Below are positions 13,419-26,782 of a DNA stretch of 64,000 nucleotides, piece after piece (position 1 is the first letter of the stretch; every line of letters starts with the position of its first letter). The translations under genes were made by a program, and so were the position numbers. Source of the DNA: Octopus vulgaris (Eukaryota); the NCBI GenBank assembly GCA_951406725.2, contig OX597822.1, forward strand, positions 20,956,001 through 21,020,000, read 5' to 3'. The notes below the pieces were generated by a model, which was not told the DNA's origin, did not search any database, and saw only the letters and a list, made by a program, of their open reading frames with translations.

Positions 13419-16339
13419 TTAATTGTCACAAGTTTTCTTAGAGCTTTCATTGCTTCCAAACTCAGCTCTGCAGCAGCAGTAAACAAGACCATTGACAAAG
13501 AGGAAAATGTTGCTTGCATTATTTATGTTTAATGATGTTCAAATGATTATTACTTTCAGTTATAAAAATATAATTTCTCTCCATGTAGAAATTTCTATTT
13601 AATTTTTAATTCCTATATTTAGCAAAATGCTAAATAGGAAATTTCTGAGAGATCCTAATCCTAAAAAAATTCTTGTCTTGGTATTTTCATTGACATTGCT
13701 TAGCAAATATGTTTTGAGAAATGAAAAAAGCAAAGAAAAAAAAATAACATTGATGTATCACCATTAGAATTAATCATAAATGCTAGATGTCTGCTATAAA
13801 ACTAACTCAATTATTGGACAACTCAAAAATTGAAAAGTGAAAACATGAGAGATGCTGTAAGCTAGCAAGGCCAGATATTTGAAAAATAAAGTTTTAAAAT
13901 GCTTCCATCCGCTCCATGTTTAAATTGCTAAACTCCCACTAAATACAGGAAATAAAAAGTTAAAAATTTTAAATAGAAATGAAAATATAAATTTAATTTC
14001 TCTCGATATTTTTAAAAATCTTTTACTCACAAAAAGAAGACAGTTATTCCAAGGTCATTGAAAACACAATATCTTCTCCCAAGAGGAACATTTTAATTTT
14101 AAATTAGAGAGAGGAATAAAAAAGAAAAAACCTCTCAGTATGCTGAAAGTTACAATTAACATTTCTGTTTTTAATATCATTACAATTGTCAGAAATCATT
14201 GAAATAAATCTAACATTTTGTTAAGAACAACTGAAATTTTTATTTCACATGTAATCAAGTTTCTACATCGTCACTTTTATTAGTGGATAGTTTCTGTAAT
14301 GTAATGTAACATTGCATATTCTCTGAGGGAATATATGTTTATTTTACTGAAGATAGTTTAGCTGAACTTACATTCACTTTTAACTTCATATAGATTTAAT
14401 GTAGGTTGAAATATTTTTGAAATTTAGCTAGTCTTATAACATTTCCTTCCTCAGCAACCTGATATTCAACAGAAATTTTACATCACTCATAAAACAGTTC
14501 AACAACACATTTCAAGTTTTCGCATAATAAAAACTCTATAGGAAATTACATTATAACTTTGCAGTTAGGATAGTAAGAAATTAAAAAATAAGGGTTATTT
14601 TCAGAAATTTTGTTGTTTTAAAGACATCTAATAACTTTAGAATATCAGCTTTTTTAACATGTAGAGTAATTAAATTAGAAATTGTTTCATAATTGCTTTC
14701 AATACGTTTAACTTAAGTCTTAATTTATTTTTCATGACAAAACAACATTTCGGTACAATATGGTTTACAAAAAACTTTTATGTAATTACATCATCAGGAA
14801 AGTTTGTTGCATTGTTATAATATAAAATCCAGATTTTAATGATAGAAGCTTGTATAGTTATAATAGATTAGGTTTAAGGAAGAGGATTAAATTTGTTTGT
14901 AGTATAGTTTACAGTGTTTGAGTAAAGTAGCTACACAAGCTCTAAGTTAGATGTATTATACTGTTGAACACATACGTGCCTTGCATAGGGTCAGCAATTG
15001 TTTAACAGATCCTGGCTATAAAAAGAATGCCTAGATCAAATGTTCACATTCTTTTCTATATTCATAATCCTATGAAATGTTTGATTAATTTTCACACTCC
15101 TTACTAAAGTAATATTGCATATGATGATGAAAAAGTGAATTCTCTAATAACTAATTTAATTTTTTAAAATCAAACCACATACATTACTGTAAAGGAACAA
15201 ATTGAACTAAAACAAAAAACGATTTTGATTTGAGTCATAAAACACAAATGTAAATTAAACAATATGGAAAAACAGTAAATTCAGTAACTTTTTTCTTTCT
15301 GCTTCTCATTCATTGCTTCCTCAAAACATGGATCATACTTGCTGATTGCAATGTAACGGTCTGCCTGTGGGTCCTGAAGATTCCCAGATTTTGTCTTCAA
15401 TGACAAATGTAAATTGCATGCAGATACACACAAAAATATTATAGAAAATTGAAACAAGGACACAATTCTCTCTGATAATCTCTTAAAGGTTAAATCTACA
15501 ATTGTAGGATAATAAAGTTCTTGGTGTACTTAATAGAATAAAGTTATTTTTAAGAGTTCAATAATTATACATTCCCTCCTTGCTGCCTGTACCAAATTCC
15601 ATTTCACATCTTCAGTGGGTGCCAGCTTCCCAAGGTGGAAACCCTCTAGTTTAGACTTTAAGATATCTTAGCTATGTTGAAAATATGGTTGCCATAAGAG
15701 ATTCTCAAGTATTATCAGTTGTGAGATAGGATTTAAGGTTGGTTGTTTTCTTGCTATACGGACAGTGATTAATTTCTGTTCTATGAGATTAAGTGGTTAT
15801 GTTAGCCTTTGAGATTGATTTAAAGTTCGAGATTGATTTAAAGTTCTTTCTCATAGAGATAATGCTTTTTTTATCCTAAGTTTCACAAGAGAAAATCATT
15901 GTTGACTAATGTAGAACAGCTGGTCCCATATAGAAGTGGCTTTATGGAAACCATACAGGTGGTTACTGTACAGGGAAAGGAATTGCAAATGAAGAAAAAT
16001 AATATTTATTTATGAGCATCACCAGCATTTGAAATATTAGTAATATGGGTAATAGATCAGTAGTAGTAGTAGTAGTTGCTGTTATTGTTGTTTAGCCAGT
16101 AGTAAATGCTGAGTGAACCAGCCTATGATCAATCCCATTAACAAGCAGGAGAGACTGAACTCAGTACAAAAGTTTGGTAAATGCAATGTGTAAAAGATTT
16201 CCCTCTTGAATCACTTTTAAACTTTACATCTAAACAAAATACAAACACACAGAGACATGCATGTGCACACACATACATATACACTCACGCAATCACACAT
16301 ACACATACACAAGCATATACACTCACTTGCCAAGCATGA

Positions 16340-16529
16340 TCTTTTATCTCTTGTATTTTTTTTATTTCTTTCAGGCTGTAGCTATGTTGGGTCAATCGAT
16401 CCCAGTACTTATTTTTTAAGCCTGGTATTTATTCCATTGGTCTCTTGTGCCAAACTGTTGGTTTATGGGGACACAAACATACCAACACTGGTTGTCAAGT
16501 GGTAGTGGTGTCAAAATCAAAGACTCTCT

Positions 16530-16571
<42 letters not shown>

Positions 16572-16730
16572 CACACTGTGCTTCTTTCAGTTTCCGTTTA
16601 CCAAATCCACTCACAAGGGCTTGGCTGGCCTGAGGCTAGAGTAGAAGATATTTGCCCAAGGTACCATGCAGTGAGACTGAACCTAGCACCACATGGTTGG
16701 GAAACAAATTTCTAACCAGATAACCACACT
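16340..16730 (-). mobile_element. tRNA-derived SINE, family 1
   Basis: Reverse complement of the copy at 35971-36350, with an internal (CT)n. Confidence 0.75.
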
Positions 16731-17192
16731 TGGTAGACTGTTATTTCAGAGAGATTTGTCTGCTATTTCTGTATAACTAGTAAGGTGACTTTTTTGTTTT
16801 GTACTAATATCTTATATTACAACATATTACCAAAGTTGCAGTAGTTAACTGTATAGAGATTGTAATATATGATATTTAAAATGGTGTATATGGAATGTAT
16901 AAAAAAAATGATGTTTCCCTGCTCTCCAATATTGTCTCAAAATAATGTGAAGGATTCACTTTGTAGCAGGAAATTTGGTAGGAATTAGTTAATATGTCCA
17001 TAAACATTTGTTCTTTCTCTTTTCCATATGCTTTTTGGTGTATTCATAGATGACTACAAACCCAGAGATGTACACATACATTCATACACATGCTTATATG
17101 CAGATAATATATATATGCCTACATATATCATGTATATGTGTGTGTGTTTATATATACGTGTGTGTGTGTGTGTGTATGTGTGTATGTATATA

Positions 17193-17814
17193 CAGTAATA
17201 CTTCACTTTCCTAAGTTTTACAAGAGAAATAATTGTTGAGTAATGGAGAACAGTTGGTCCCATATAAAAGACCCCCAGTTTTATGAGTTTTATTTTAATA
17301 AATATAAAAAGATTTTCCAAGCACAAGATCCAAATTTTGAATGATGTGCAAAAGTTTCCTCTACTACCATAACAAATGCTTCTGCATGCTACTGAGAAAT
17401 TTATAGAGTGAAATAAAGCTTCTTCTAAGCAAACAGCTCTAGACTTCATTTTTAAAAAGAAATCTACAAGTCTGTCTACAAGTGCTTGTGAATCAGCAAT
17501 CGCATCTATGAGTGAGGGTGTGTGTGAGTCTAGTGCAAGTGAAAGTGATTCAGAAAACGATTATAATAATATTTTTTATTATAAATGATATTAACATTCT
17601 TTTCACTTTACATAAAATATTGTTTACATTCTACTGTTGTTTTATGACCATTTATTTATTACTATTATAAATTCTATAAGTAAAATATTTTTCTAGGAAT
17701 GAATTACAATTTATAACATTGCTACTATTGGAAGTTATTGCTCTGCTTTACAATTTTTTTTTTTTTATGTGTAATCGCTGGGAACAAATCAACTCATACA
17801 TCAAGGTATTACTG
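17193..17814 (+). mobile_element. Non-autonomous Tigger/pogo DNA transposon
   Basis: TA|CAGTAATAC...GTATTACTG|TA termini; internal remnant ACY*EIY..K...KQTALDFIFKK resembles the Tigger transposase C-terminus. Confidence 0.75.
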
Positions 17815-18289
17815 TATATACAAGGAGAAAGAGAGAAAGGGCAAGATATATATATATATGTGTGTGTGTGTGTGTATGTGTGTGTGTGTGTGTTATGATA
17901 TATTCTGTTAAGAATGTAGTAGTGTACAGTATAAAGCTCATCAACCTTCAGATTTCACCCTGTGCTTTCCTGTAGTAGTATTATATATACTTCCAGCTTT
18001 GCATTTGGGCTTCTGTCGTGTGTGAATAGGTAATTGAAAAACTTTGGAGTCAACAAGAAGGAGTATGGTTGGACATTATTTTCAATCGCTACAATTGTTT
18101 CTACGCAATGTAGTTCTCCAGGTACTTGATTATGCAACTGTTTCCCTGCATTATGAGATCTAATTGTGTTTCCTCAGGCGATATGAAAATATCTTTTCAA
18201 TTATATATGTATATATGTAAACATATGTATTGATCCATGTTTTGCACACACAAGTAAATTGCAAATTATAAAGAAACGTTTACTGATGA

Positions 18290-18610
18290 AAGGATGCAAT
18301 GCAATTGTAATGGTTAGGATACTTGACTCATGATCCTAAGGTTATGTGTTCGATACCTGATGACACATTGTGTCCTTGTGCAAGACACTTTATTTCATGT
18401 TACTCCAGTCCACTCAGCCAACAAAATTAAGTCGTATCTGTATTTCAAAGGGCCAGCCTTATCACATTCTGTGTTACATTAAATCTCCCTGAGAACTATG
18501 TTAGGGGTGCATGTGTCTGTGGAGTATTCAGCCACTAGCACATTAATTTTAGAAGCAGGCTGTTCCATTGATTAAATCAACTGGAACACTTATTATCATA
18601 ACCAACAGTG
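18290..18610 (+). mobile_element. tRNA-derived SINE, family 3
   Basis: tRNA-like head (gtaatggttagg...gttcgatacc); body shared with 30038-30322. Confidence 0.65.
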
Positions 18611-18614
18611 TGCC

Positions 18615-18651
<37 letters not shown>

Positions 18652-18735
18652 CATACATATACTTAAATATAAATATGCAAATACATACATATGTATATAT
18701 GTATGTATATATATACACACACACACACACACATA

Positions 18736-18972
18736 CTTACTATTTCCTTATTGCCCACAAGGGACTAAACATAGAGGGGACAAACAAGGACATACAAAGG
18801 GATTAAGTCGATTAGATCGACCCCAGTACGTAACTGGTACTTTATTTATTGGCCCCGAAGGGATGAAAGGCAAAGTCGACCTCGGCGGAATATGAACTCA
18901 GAACATAACGGCAGACAAAATACCGCTAAGCTTTTCACCTGGTGTGCTAACATTTCTGCTAGCTCACCGCCT
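18736..18972 (-). mobile_element. SINE family 2, near full length
   Basis: Minus strand: aggcggtgagctagcagaaatgttagc...gagttcatattccgccgaggtcgactttgcctttcatcc...; CpG-rich, so probably young. Older copies near 3765, 7490, 22855, 47690, 50580 and 51980. Confidence 0.8.
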
Positions 18973-19628
18973 ATATGCATAGATACATGTTACGCATAGA
19001 TACATGACACACATATATGCATAGATACATATCATGCAGACACAAGCACATGCAAATTTTAAACAAACATTTACTGATGAAAGGATGCAATATGGTTGTA
19101 GAGTCAAAATAATCATATATAGAGGGTTGGCTGTGGCTTCAGGTTCCACCCCTTGAGACTTATTCAAAGACTATGAAAAATATAGAATCTGTCAATTTTT
19201 GTACATGAGAAGTTCTCTAAAAGGTATGGAGATGGTAGGAAATTTACTTGTATCAGGTTGCTCTAGTAATTTTGCTTGTCTGTCAAATGGTGCTAGTAAA
19301 TTAAATTTCAGTAAAAGTTTTTGTCTTTTTCTCTATGTAAAAATATATGTTTAGATATGAAACATATTAAGAGACGAGTTTATATAAGCATGCATTTGAG
19401 TTTTGCCCCCAAAATATATAACCAGATTTTACTATATGCTATTTTGTTACATTCCACAACATCTATAAACTATTGCATTTAACTCAAAGCATATCTACAT
19501 TTCTAAATATAATACGTAGATATGAGCATCTGTATTTGTGTAGATAAAAAATACATGAACATACAAAAACACAAAGATATATATATATGTGTGTGTGTGT
19601 GTGGTGTGTGTGTGTGTGTATACATATG

Positions 19629-19692
<64 letters not shown>

Positions 19693-20254
19693 AAATATAT
19701 TTGTCTATATGTGTCTTCCTTGGTGGACATTATGGTGATTAATTATTTTATGTAATGTACTCTTAAATACATGACCTTTTACTTAAAATATATTCCAGTT
19801 TCCAGACCTGGAATTCTCAAAGTGGAAACATTTCATTCTATTTTATATCAACATTGAACAAAAATTTTCAGTCATTCAGACTCACATACATACACACACA
19901 CACACACACAAACACATGCAAGTACACACACACACACACACACACATGCACATGCTCTCCCTCTCTCTCTCTCTCTCTCTTTCATATCTCTCTTATACAT
20001 GCTCCCTCACATATTTGCATTGTCTTTGATACAAAATATATGTACATGCCAGTTAACCACACAAGCAAACAAAAAAAAAGATGATTTGTTTCCAAAGCAC
20101 ATGGTTCCAGATTCAATCCCACTGTGTGACACCTTGGGCAAGTATCTTCTACTATAGCCTTGGGCTGACCAAAGCTTTGAGAGGGGATTTGGTTGACAGA
20201 AACTGAAAGAAGCCTGTTGTGTGTGTGTGTGTAAATATATGTATATATATATAT

Positions 20255-20545
20255 CATCATCATCGTTTAACGTCCGCTTTCCATGCTAGCATGGGTTGGA
20301 CGGTTCAACTGGGGTCTGGGAAGCCCGAAGGCTACACCAGGCCAGTCAGATCTGGCAGTGTTTCTACAGCTGGATGCCCTTCCTAACGCCAACCACTCCG
20401 CGAGTGTAGTGGGTGCTTTTTATGTGCCACTGACACAGGTGCCAGATGAGGCTGGCGAACGGCCACGCTCGGATGGTGTTTTTTATGTGCCACCGACACA
20501 GGTGCCAGACGAGGCTGGCGAATGGCCACGCTCGGATGGTGTTCC
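20255..20545 (-). mobile_element. RTE LINE 3' UTR with an internal tandem duplication of about 60 bp
   Basis: catcatcatcgtttaacgtccgctttccatgctagcatggg...; duplicated unit tttatgtgccacygacacaggtgccagaygaggctggcgaayggccacgctcggatggtg. Confidence 0.8.
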
Positions 20546-21309
20546 ATTGATGTTCATCGATTTTGATTTGATTTGATTTGATATATATATATATCATCAT
20601 CCTCATCATCATCATCGTCTAATGTCCAACTTCCGTGCATGGGTAGGAAGGTAGCCAGGTAGAAGACTATCCCAGGTTACTGTCTGTTTTGGCAGGGTTT
20701 TTACGTGTACATATATAACTTCTTCATAATCAATGGCATTTCTGACCTTTCCTCTATGATCACTCAGATGACTATTCAGTCCCACTCAGATCTGCATGGC
20801 TTGAAGTATAGGTGACAGATGAAAGTTGTTACCTCCCCTGGATCACTTTGTGAGATATGATCACTATGAACTGCCTTTTGTCTCTTCAGACCCAAAATCA
20901 GCTTACAAGCTCTTTCATACATTAACACGCATCAAATCACCCAGTCTTAGAGTAAGAATGTTGCATACAGTTGACCTTTCAGGGGACTTCAGACGGTTGA
21001 CATACCCAGCTTAAGAAAGGAGTACATGTTTCACACCTCTAACACCTCACTGAGGTTCTGATGACAGCCCCACTAGAGACATGCAGGCAGGTGAGCAGAC
21101 AGAATAAGATATAGTATTGTTCTTTGTCTTCCGTTTTGAAAACTTTTAGCACTGTAGGAAAGTAACTGTCAGCCATTCATTAAATGGATGCACTCTAAAT
21201 TGAACACTCACACACTTAACTGGTCACCAAAAGCACACATATACATCAATACAGAAACAAAAATATGTCATCTAATTAGCATTTTGTCATTTAGATAACA
21301 TATATATAT

Positions 21310-21660
21310 ATGAGTGTGATCATTGCCAGAGCGGCTAACTGGCTTCCGTGCCGGTGGCATGTAGGAGGCATCATTCGGGCAGGATCGTTACCAGCATCGC
21401 CTTACTGGCACCTGTGCCATTGGCATGTGTAAAATAAAATTCAAGTGAGGTCGTTGCCAGTACCGCCTGACTGGCCCCCATGCCAGTGGCATGTAAAAGC
21501 ACCCACTATACTCTCGGAGTGGTTGGCGTTAGGAAGGGCATCCAGCTGTAGAAACTCTGCCAGATCAAGACTGGAGCCTGGTGCAGCCATCTGGTTCGCC
21601 AGCCCACAGTCAAACTGTCCAACCCATGCTAGCATGGAAAGCGGATGTTAAAAGATGATG
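21310..21660 (+). mobile_element. RTE LINE 3' UTR fragment
   Basis: Same 3' UTR and (ATG)n tail as 31441-32110. Confidence 0.8.
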
Positions 21661-21684
21661 TATGTACATATGTACATACATATA

Positions 21685-22017
21685 AAAAGGAATACAAAAA
21701 ATGGGACAAGAACGCAAAACATCCAGACAGTTAGATGATACAAAAAGGGACAAAAGAAAAATCAAGGACAGATCGTTCAGAGTTTTCTTTCCTCAGTTGA
21801 GTTCCAGTTTATCTTTGCAATTTCGGTTGGTTATACTCGAGATTGCTCCAATCTGGCCAGCCCCAAGGAGAGACTAAGAGCACTAGATTCCTTGGAAGAA
21901 AGCAGTAAATGTGTATGAAAACAAGGATGGCAAAAAAAAAACAAAAAAACAGAGAAAAGGTACACAAATACAGATACAAATAACAGGACATTAACAAAAG
22001 GTGTCTTTTGACTAACT

Positions 22018-22020
<3 letters not shown>
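21685..22020 (-). mobile_element. Unclassified interspersed repeat, possibly PLE-derived
   Basis: A-rich, non-coding block bounded by microsatellites; class inferred only. Confidence 0.3.
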
Positions 22021-22054
<34 letters not shown>

Positions 22055-22055
22055 G

Positions 22056-22153
22056 TTGTTGGATTCTCATACCTTGAAACCAACAAGAGAATCCATCATA
22101 TATGTATATTTGATGGACTCCCCTGTTGGTTTCGAGGTGTGTGTATCCAACAA
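22056..22153. repeat. Imperfect hairpin, arms about 43 bp
   Basis: ttgttggattctcataccttgaaaccaacaagagaatccatca-loop-tgatggactcccctgttggtttcgaggtgtgtgtatccaacaa. Confidence 0.8.
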
Positions 22154-25141
22154 ATTACACTTTCTTTGTCAGTCATAATGTGGATGTGACATTTGAGTCA
22201 CACCAATGATTTGCAAAGAAACCGCCCACAGACGTTGAAAGTATGATTATGGGTCAGTGCAGGTGGTATATTTGTAGCTGCTTTTCTCCTTTGCCTAGTA
22301 TACATAGGAGAAACATGTAAAATATCTCCTATTAGAAATTCTTCAGACAGAAAACCAATACCTTTCTAGATAATATGTGTGTGTGAACTGCACACACACA
22401 CATATAAGCACATACGTATATAAAAACATGCATTTGTTTATCCAGCTTTTGTTTGGTTTTCTGTGCTAGCATGTGTTAAACCTGTATATTATTGAGTTGT
22501 TTTATTGCCAAATGACCTACCTGGGAAAAGAAGTTATTTTTTTTATTTTACTTATTATAGTTTATGGTGTCTCATTTGTTTATTTCACCTTCAGTGAATA
22601 AGAGGTGACTTGTGTATGTGAAGATGTATAGCCTTGCATCCTGATGTCTTCAGTGTTGTGTCAAGGCTATAAATGACCCTGCTTGTGTGTGTGTGTGCAA
22701 GCATGCATGCATATCCGTGTGCATGAATGGATGGAAAGATGTATGAATGGCTGTCTGAATAATTGGGGATTTAAAATCATGTGTGAATACATATGTATGT
22801 ACTTGAAAATGTGTATTCATCCATACAGGAAATTGGCCAAGATGACAAAGTTGCCAATTTGTTGGAGCCTTGGATAAAATGCCTTGCAATATCTGTTCCA
22901 ACTGTGTGTGCTCTGAGTACAAATCCTGCTATGCTCAACTTTGCCTTTCATCCTTTCAGAGTTGATAAAGAAGTACTAATGCAAGTTGGTGGATTGGCTG
23001 AAATGTAAGAGTGGAGAATATCGTAGTGTCTTTGCTAAGGTTTAATTTGTTGCAGAACTTGTTCAAAGAGGATAAAGAAAACATAAGTTTGCAGATAAAA
23101 GTGACTGAAGTGATGTACCTTCATTTTATTTCTCTATGACTTGTTATTCTCATTGGAATACAACAGAATATCCAAAATAAGTAGTACAACATAACAAGAT
23201 GCATGCTGATAAATTCCAGCATGTATCAGACAAGTTTTTCAGCTTCTTTGACTGTCCACTGTTTTCTTTTTTGTGACAACTTAAAGTTCTGAACCATAAT
23301 GGACAGAGCCATGAACAATTGTAACTGCTGCCTATGTCAAATAATTTCCCCACATTTTTTATGCTTTTTATTCAGTCAATCACTGCTGGCTTAAGTGGAT
23401 GGGTGCATTAGTGAACACAGACTGAAAATGGAACAGTAGTATGCAGCTTTGGTTTGAGCACTAATAATTTTTTCCCTCATACAAAAGCACCATATAGCAT
23501 TGTGAGACACAAAATAGGCTGTCATCATCAATAGCACTCAATGCCAGCAATATGTTACTGCAGAAGTGATTTAATATCAAGTAAAATTAATTTGTTTTTA
23601 CCTAATGACTACTTCAGCATTTGTCTCCTTACAAATGCAGCTTCTCTGGTGCCATACAGTGATAGAGAGTGAGACTGCAGCATGACTAAAGTAATTCTGC
23701 TTTATACCAATCTCTCATGAAGTTCTCCACCACCATCTTGAAATGGTTAATTACTCTGAGACCTCTGTAAATTCCCCTCTCTTGTGTATCTCCTTTACCA
23801 TAGTAACAGCTGAAGGTGAGATATTGCTGATAACAGCTGTCATTACCTTATTAACTATGAGTTAGTGTAAAAGTCTCTACATGGTCACGTGATCTGCAAG
23901 AAATCACAACCAGGTCTTCTTTGAATATTGCCTTACTACCTTCAAAATGGCTAAATATACAGAATAAACTAATACTTAATATAATTTATCAGAAAAAAAG
24001 ACAGGATGGTTATGACTTGAATGCTGGTTGAATGATTAAAGCTTAGCTCACAGAAAAATCTCCACCAGAATTTGTGAGAAATTTAGAATTGATTGGACAG
24101 TTATGAGAGTGGAATTTCTTCAAACAGTCACATTTTTAGCCTTCTATGCAATTCTTTCCTGTATGCTGGAGTATACAAGATAGTCTTCTGCAAGAAGAAG
24201 ACATAACTAAGAAGAGGGATCTGTGAATCATACTATGTCATTTGGCTGATTAACTGCATGCCAAGAACTACTCAATCATGGTTGATCTAGGGCTACACAG
24301 CAAAAACAACAACAACAACATTATTAACTAAGAAAGAAACTAAATAGTATGGACATAACTTGATGAATTCTAAACCTAAATAATTATTCTTAACAAGCCT
24401 GCTTTCACATTCTAAATTATCACACAAATCTTATCTATACTACCTTCTAAAATCTATTTCTTCTATTATTTCTCATTATTCATTTACATTCTTAGTTTAA
24501 CAGTTTCTTTTCCTATTACAGCTTTCATGCCTCATTTACTGATTTCTAAAGAACAAATGCTTCTTCATCATTTAAGATACACTTCTTCCTCAATGACATC
24601 TTAATTTGTACAAATATACTAACTCTTAGTTTGAATGACATACCTCTCATTATCACAGTTCAAAATATTTGACCAAAAAAAAAAAAAACCTGCCTCTCTC
24701 TCAAGTAAACCAATTGTCTTGCCTATCTTCTATCTTCTTGATATTGCTCCCAGCTGTATACTGTCTTCAACTTCAAACCTATCATTTATATTCTATAGCC
24801 TTAGCTACACTATCCCATTGGTTTTAATTTAACCAGTGTACAACTTCAGTCTGTTATCTTGCTGGTGTGTAACTGTAGTCACTGGACAGAAAATTGCTAT
24901 CTTTAACAAATACTTCAGCTTTGTAGTATTTTGTTTCCACCTAAATTTCTAAACAGACATCATGTAATGAACAGCATTACACAATGGTGGACAGAAGCAT
25001 GTATGAGTGATTAACAAATATCCTTCTCAAGTATAGGAGTCAGGACTTGGAAAATACTTTGGGTGTCTTCTATAACAGCCTTGGTGGACCAATACATTAC
25101 AGGTGAAATTGAAATTTGGTAGAAGGAAACTATAAACAAGC

Positions 25142-25201
<60 letters not shown>

Positions 25202-25319
25202 ATGTATGTATTTGGCAAAGAGCTTGAATAGGTAGTGGCAATTAGAATCATGGAAATTTTAACAGAAAAGATCTATTTGGTTAAAATATGAAACCTTTCA
25301 TTACCTGATTAAATGGTTT

Positions 25320-25660
25320 ACTCATTTATTTGTTTCAGTCTGTAGCCATGCTGGAGCACTGCCTTTAGTTGAACAAATCGACCCCAGATCTTATTCTTTG
25401 TAAGCCTAGTACTTATTCTATCAGTTCCTTTTGCTGAACTGCTAAGTTACAGAGACGTAAACACACCAGCTTCAGTTGTCAAACGATGTTGGTGGGACAA
25501 ACACAGACACACAAACATATATATATACAACAGGCTTCTTTCAGTTTCCATCTACCAAATCCACTCGCAAGGCTTTGGTCTGTCCAAGGTGCTATGTAGT
25601 GGGACTGAACTCAGAACCATTTTGTTGGTAAGCAAGCTACTTACCACACAGCCACTCCTA
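25320..25660 (-). mobile_element. tRNA-derived SINE family 1, near full length
   Basis: Minus-strand head aggagtggctgtgtggtaagtagcttgc...gagttcagtccc; tail gctccagcatggc...tgaaac. Confidence 0.8.
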
Positions 25661-25843
25661 TAGGTACAGTGAAGCAAGCCAGAAAAATAGCTCTTAGAAT
25701 ATGTGTATATGTATATTTTTATTAATATTTAGCGGAAGCAACAGAATGGACTTTAGAGTTGAGAGTTTTGTGCATTGGCACATATCAATAAGTGCCAACA
25801 CACAACACTTTCAGTGCTTCAGTCACACTGTTGCTTCTGCTAA

Positions 25844-25874
<31 letters not shown>

Positions 25875-25877
<3 letters not shown>

Positions 25878-26095
25878 TCATCATCATCATCATCGTTTAA
25901 CGTCCGTTTTCCGCGCTATCACGGGTTGGACGGTTCGACCGGTGGGGTCTGGGAAGCCAGGGGCTGCTCCAGGCTCCAGTCTGATCTGGCAGAGTTTCTA
26001 CGGCTGGATGCCCTTCCTAACGCCAACCACTCCGCGAGTGTAGTGGGTGCTTTTTACGTGCCACCTGCACAGGTGCCAGGGGGGGGGGGGGTCCG
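25875..26095 (-). mobile_element. RTE LINE 3' UTR fragment
   Basis: (CAT)n cgtttaacgtccg...ggatgcccttcctaacgccaaccactccg. Confidence 0.8.
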
Positions 26096-26499
26096 GCATA
26101 GCCTGATAATGATTTCAAATTTTGGCACAAAACCAGCATGTTCAGGAGAGGGATAGAGTTGACTGACCCCGCACACACCATATTTTATGTCATTTTATAT
26201 ATTTTATTATTATATATATCATATATTACGTTATTTTATATCATATTTTATTATTATTATTATAATATATATATCATGTTATGTTATTTTATAACTTATT
26301 TTATTATATATATATCACTCACATACATACACTATACACATGCACATTATTTGGTTACAGTGACACGCACACACACACGCACACACACACACAACACACA
26401 CAAACATTCATGTGTGTACACACCATGTGAAAAATCACACATCAACTGCTACACACACACACATTACACATGCTCACACATACATGTCAAACTCACTCA

Positions 26500-26782
26500 C
26501 CTCCATTCACACATAGACACTGGGACACTCACACCATTCCTCCTCTTGTTGGGATCACCATGAATTATCTCCCCTTCATTCAACCTCTCTCTATTATTAT
26601 CTCCCTTCTGAACTTAACACATTTTTTTTCATTCTTTTTCAATTTATTTTCTCTTATTCTTTTCTGTCGAAGAGCATAGGCTTGAAATGTAAAAGATTAT
26701 TCCATTTTTCCTGAGCGTCAAACTAATACTTTTGCTTGTTGTTCCTACACCTGTCTTTGTTTTTCTATAACTTTGAACTATA
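26500..26782 (+). mobile_element. PLE-like terminal repeat with a degenerate hammerhead-like motif
   Basis: tctttt ctgtcga a gagc-atag-gctt GAAAT gta aaaga at 26658-26696; the 3' part is shared with 12830-12910; ends in (TA)n. Confidence 0.45.

Noticed and set aside
14025-14095. Minus-strand exon ending at a GTGAGT donor
   Set aside because: No well-placed acceptor; peptide unrecognised.
15811-15846. 18-bp perfect tandem duplication (also a 24-bp one at about 49092-49136)
   Set aside because: Ordinary slippage duplications with no sign of function.
21765-21830. Minus-strand CTGAGGA hammerhead candidate
   Set aside because: GAAA and stems are not arranged canonically.
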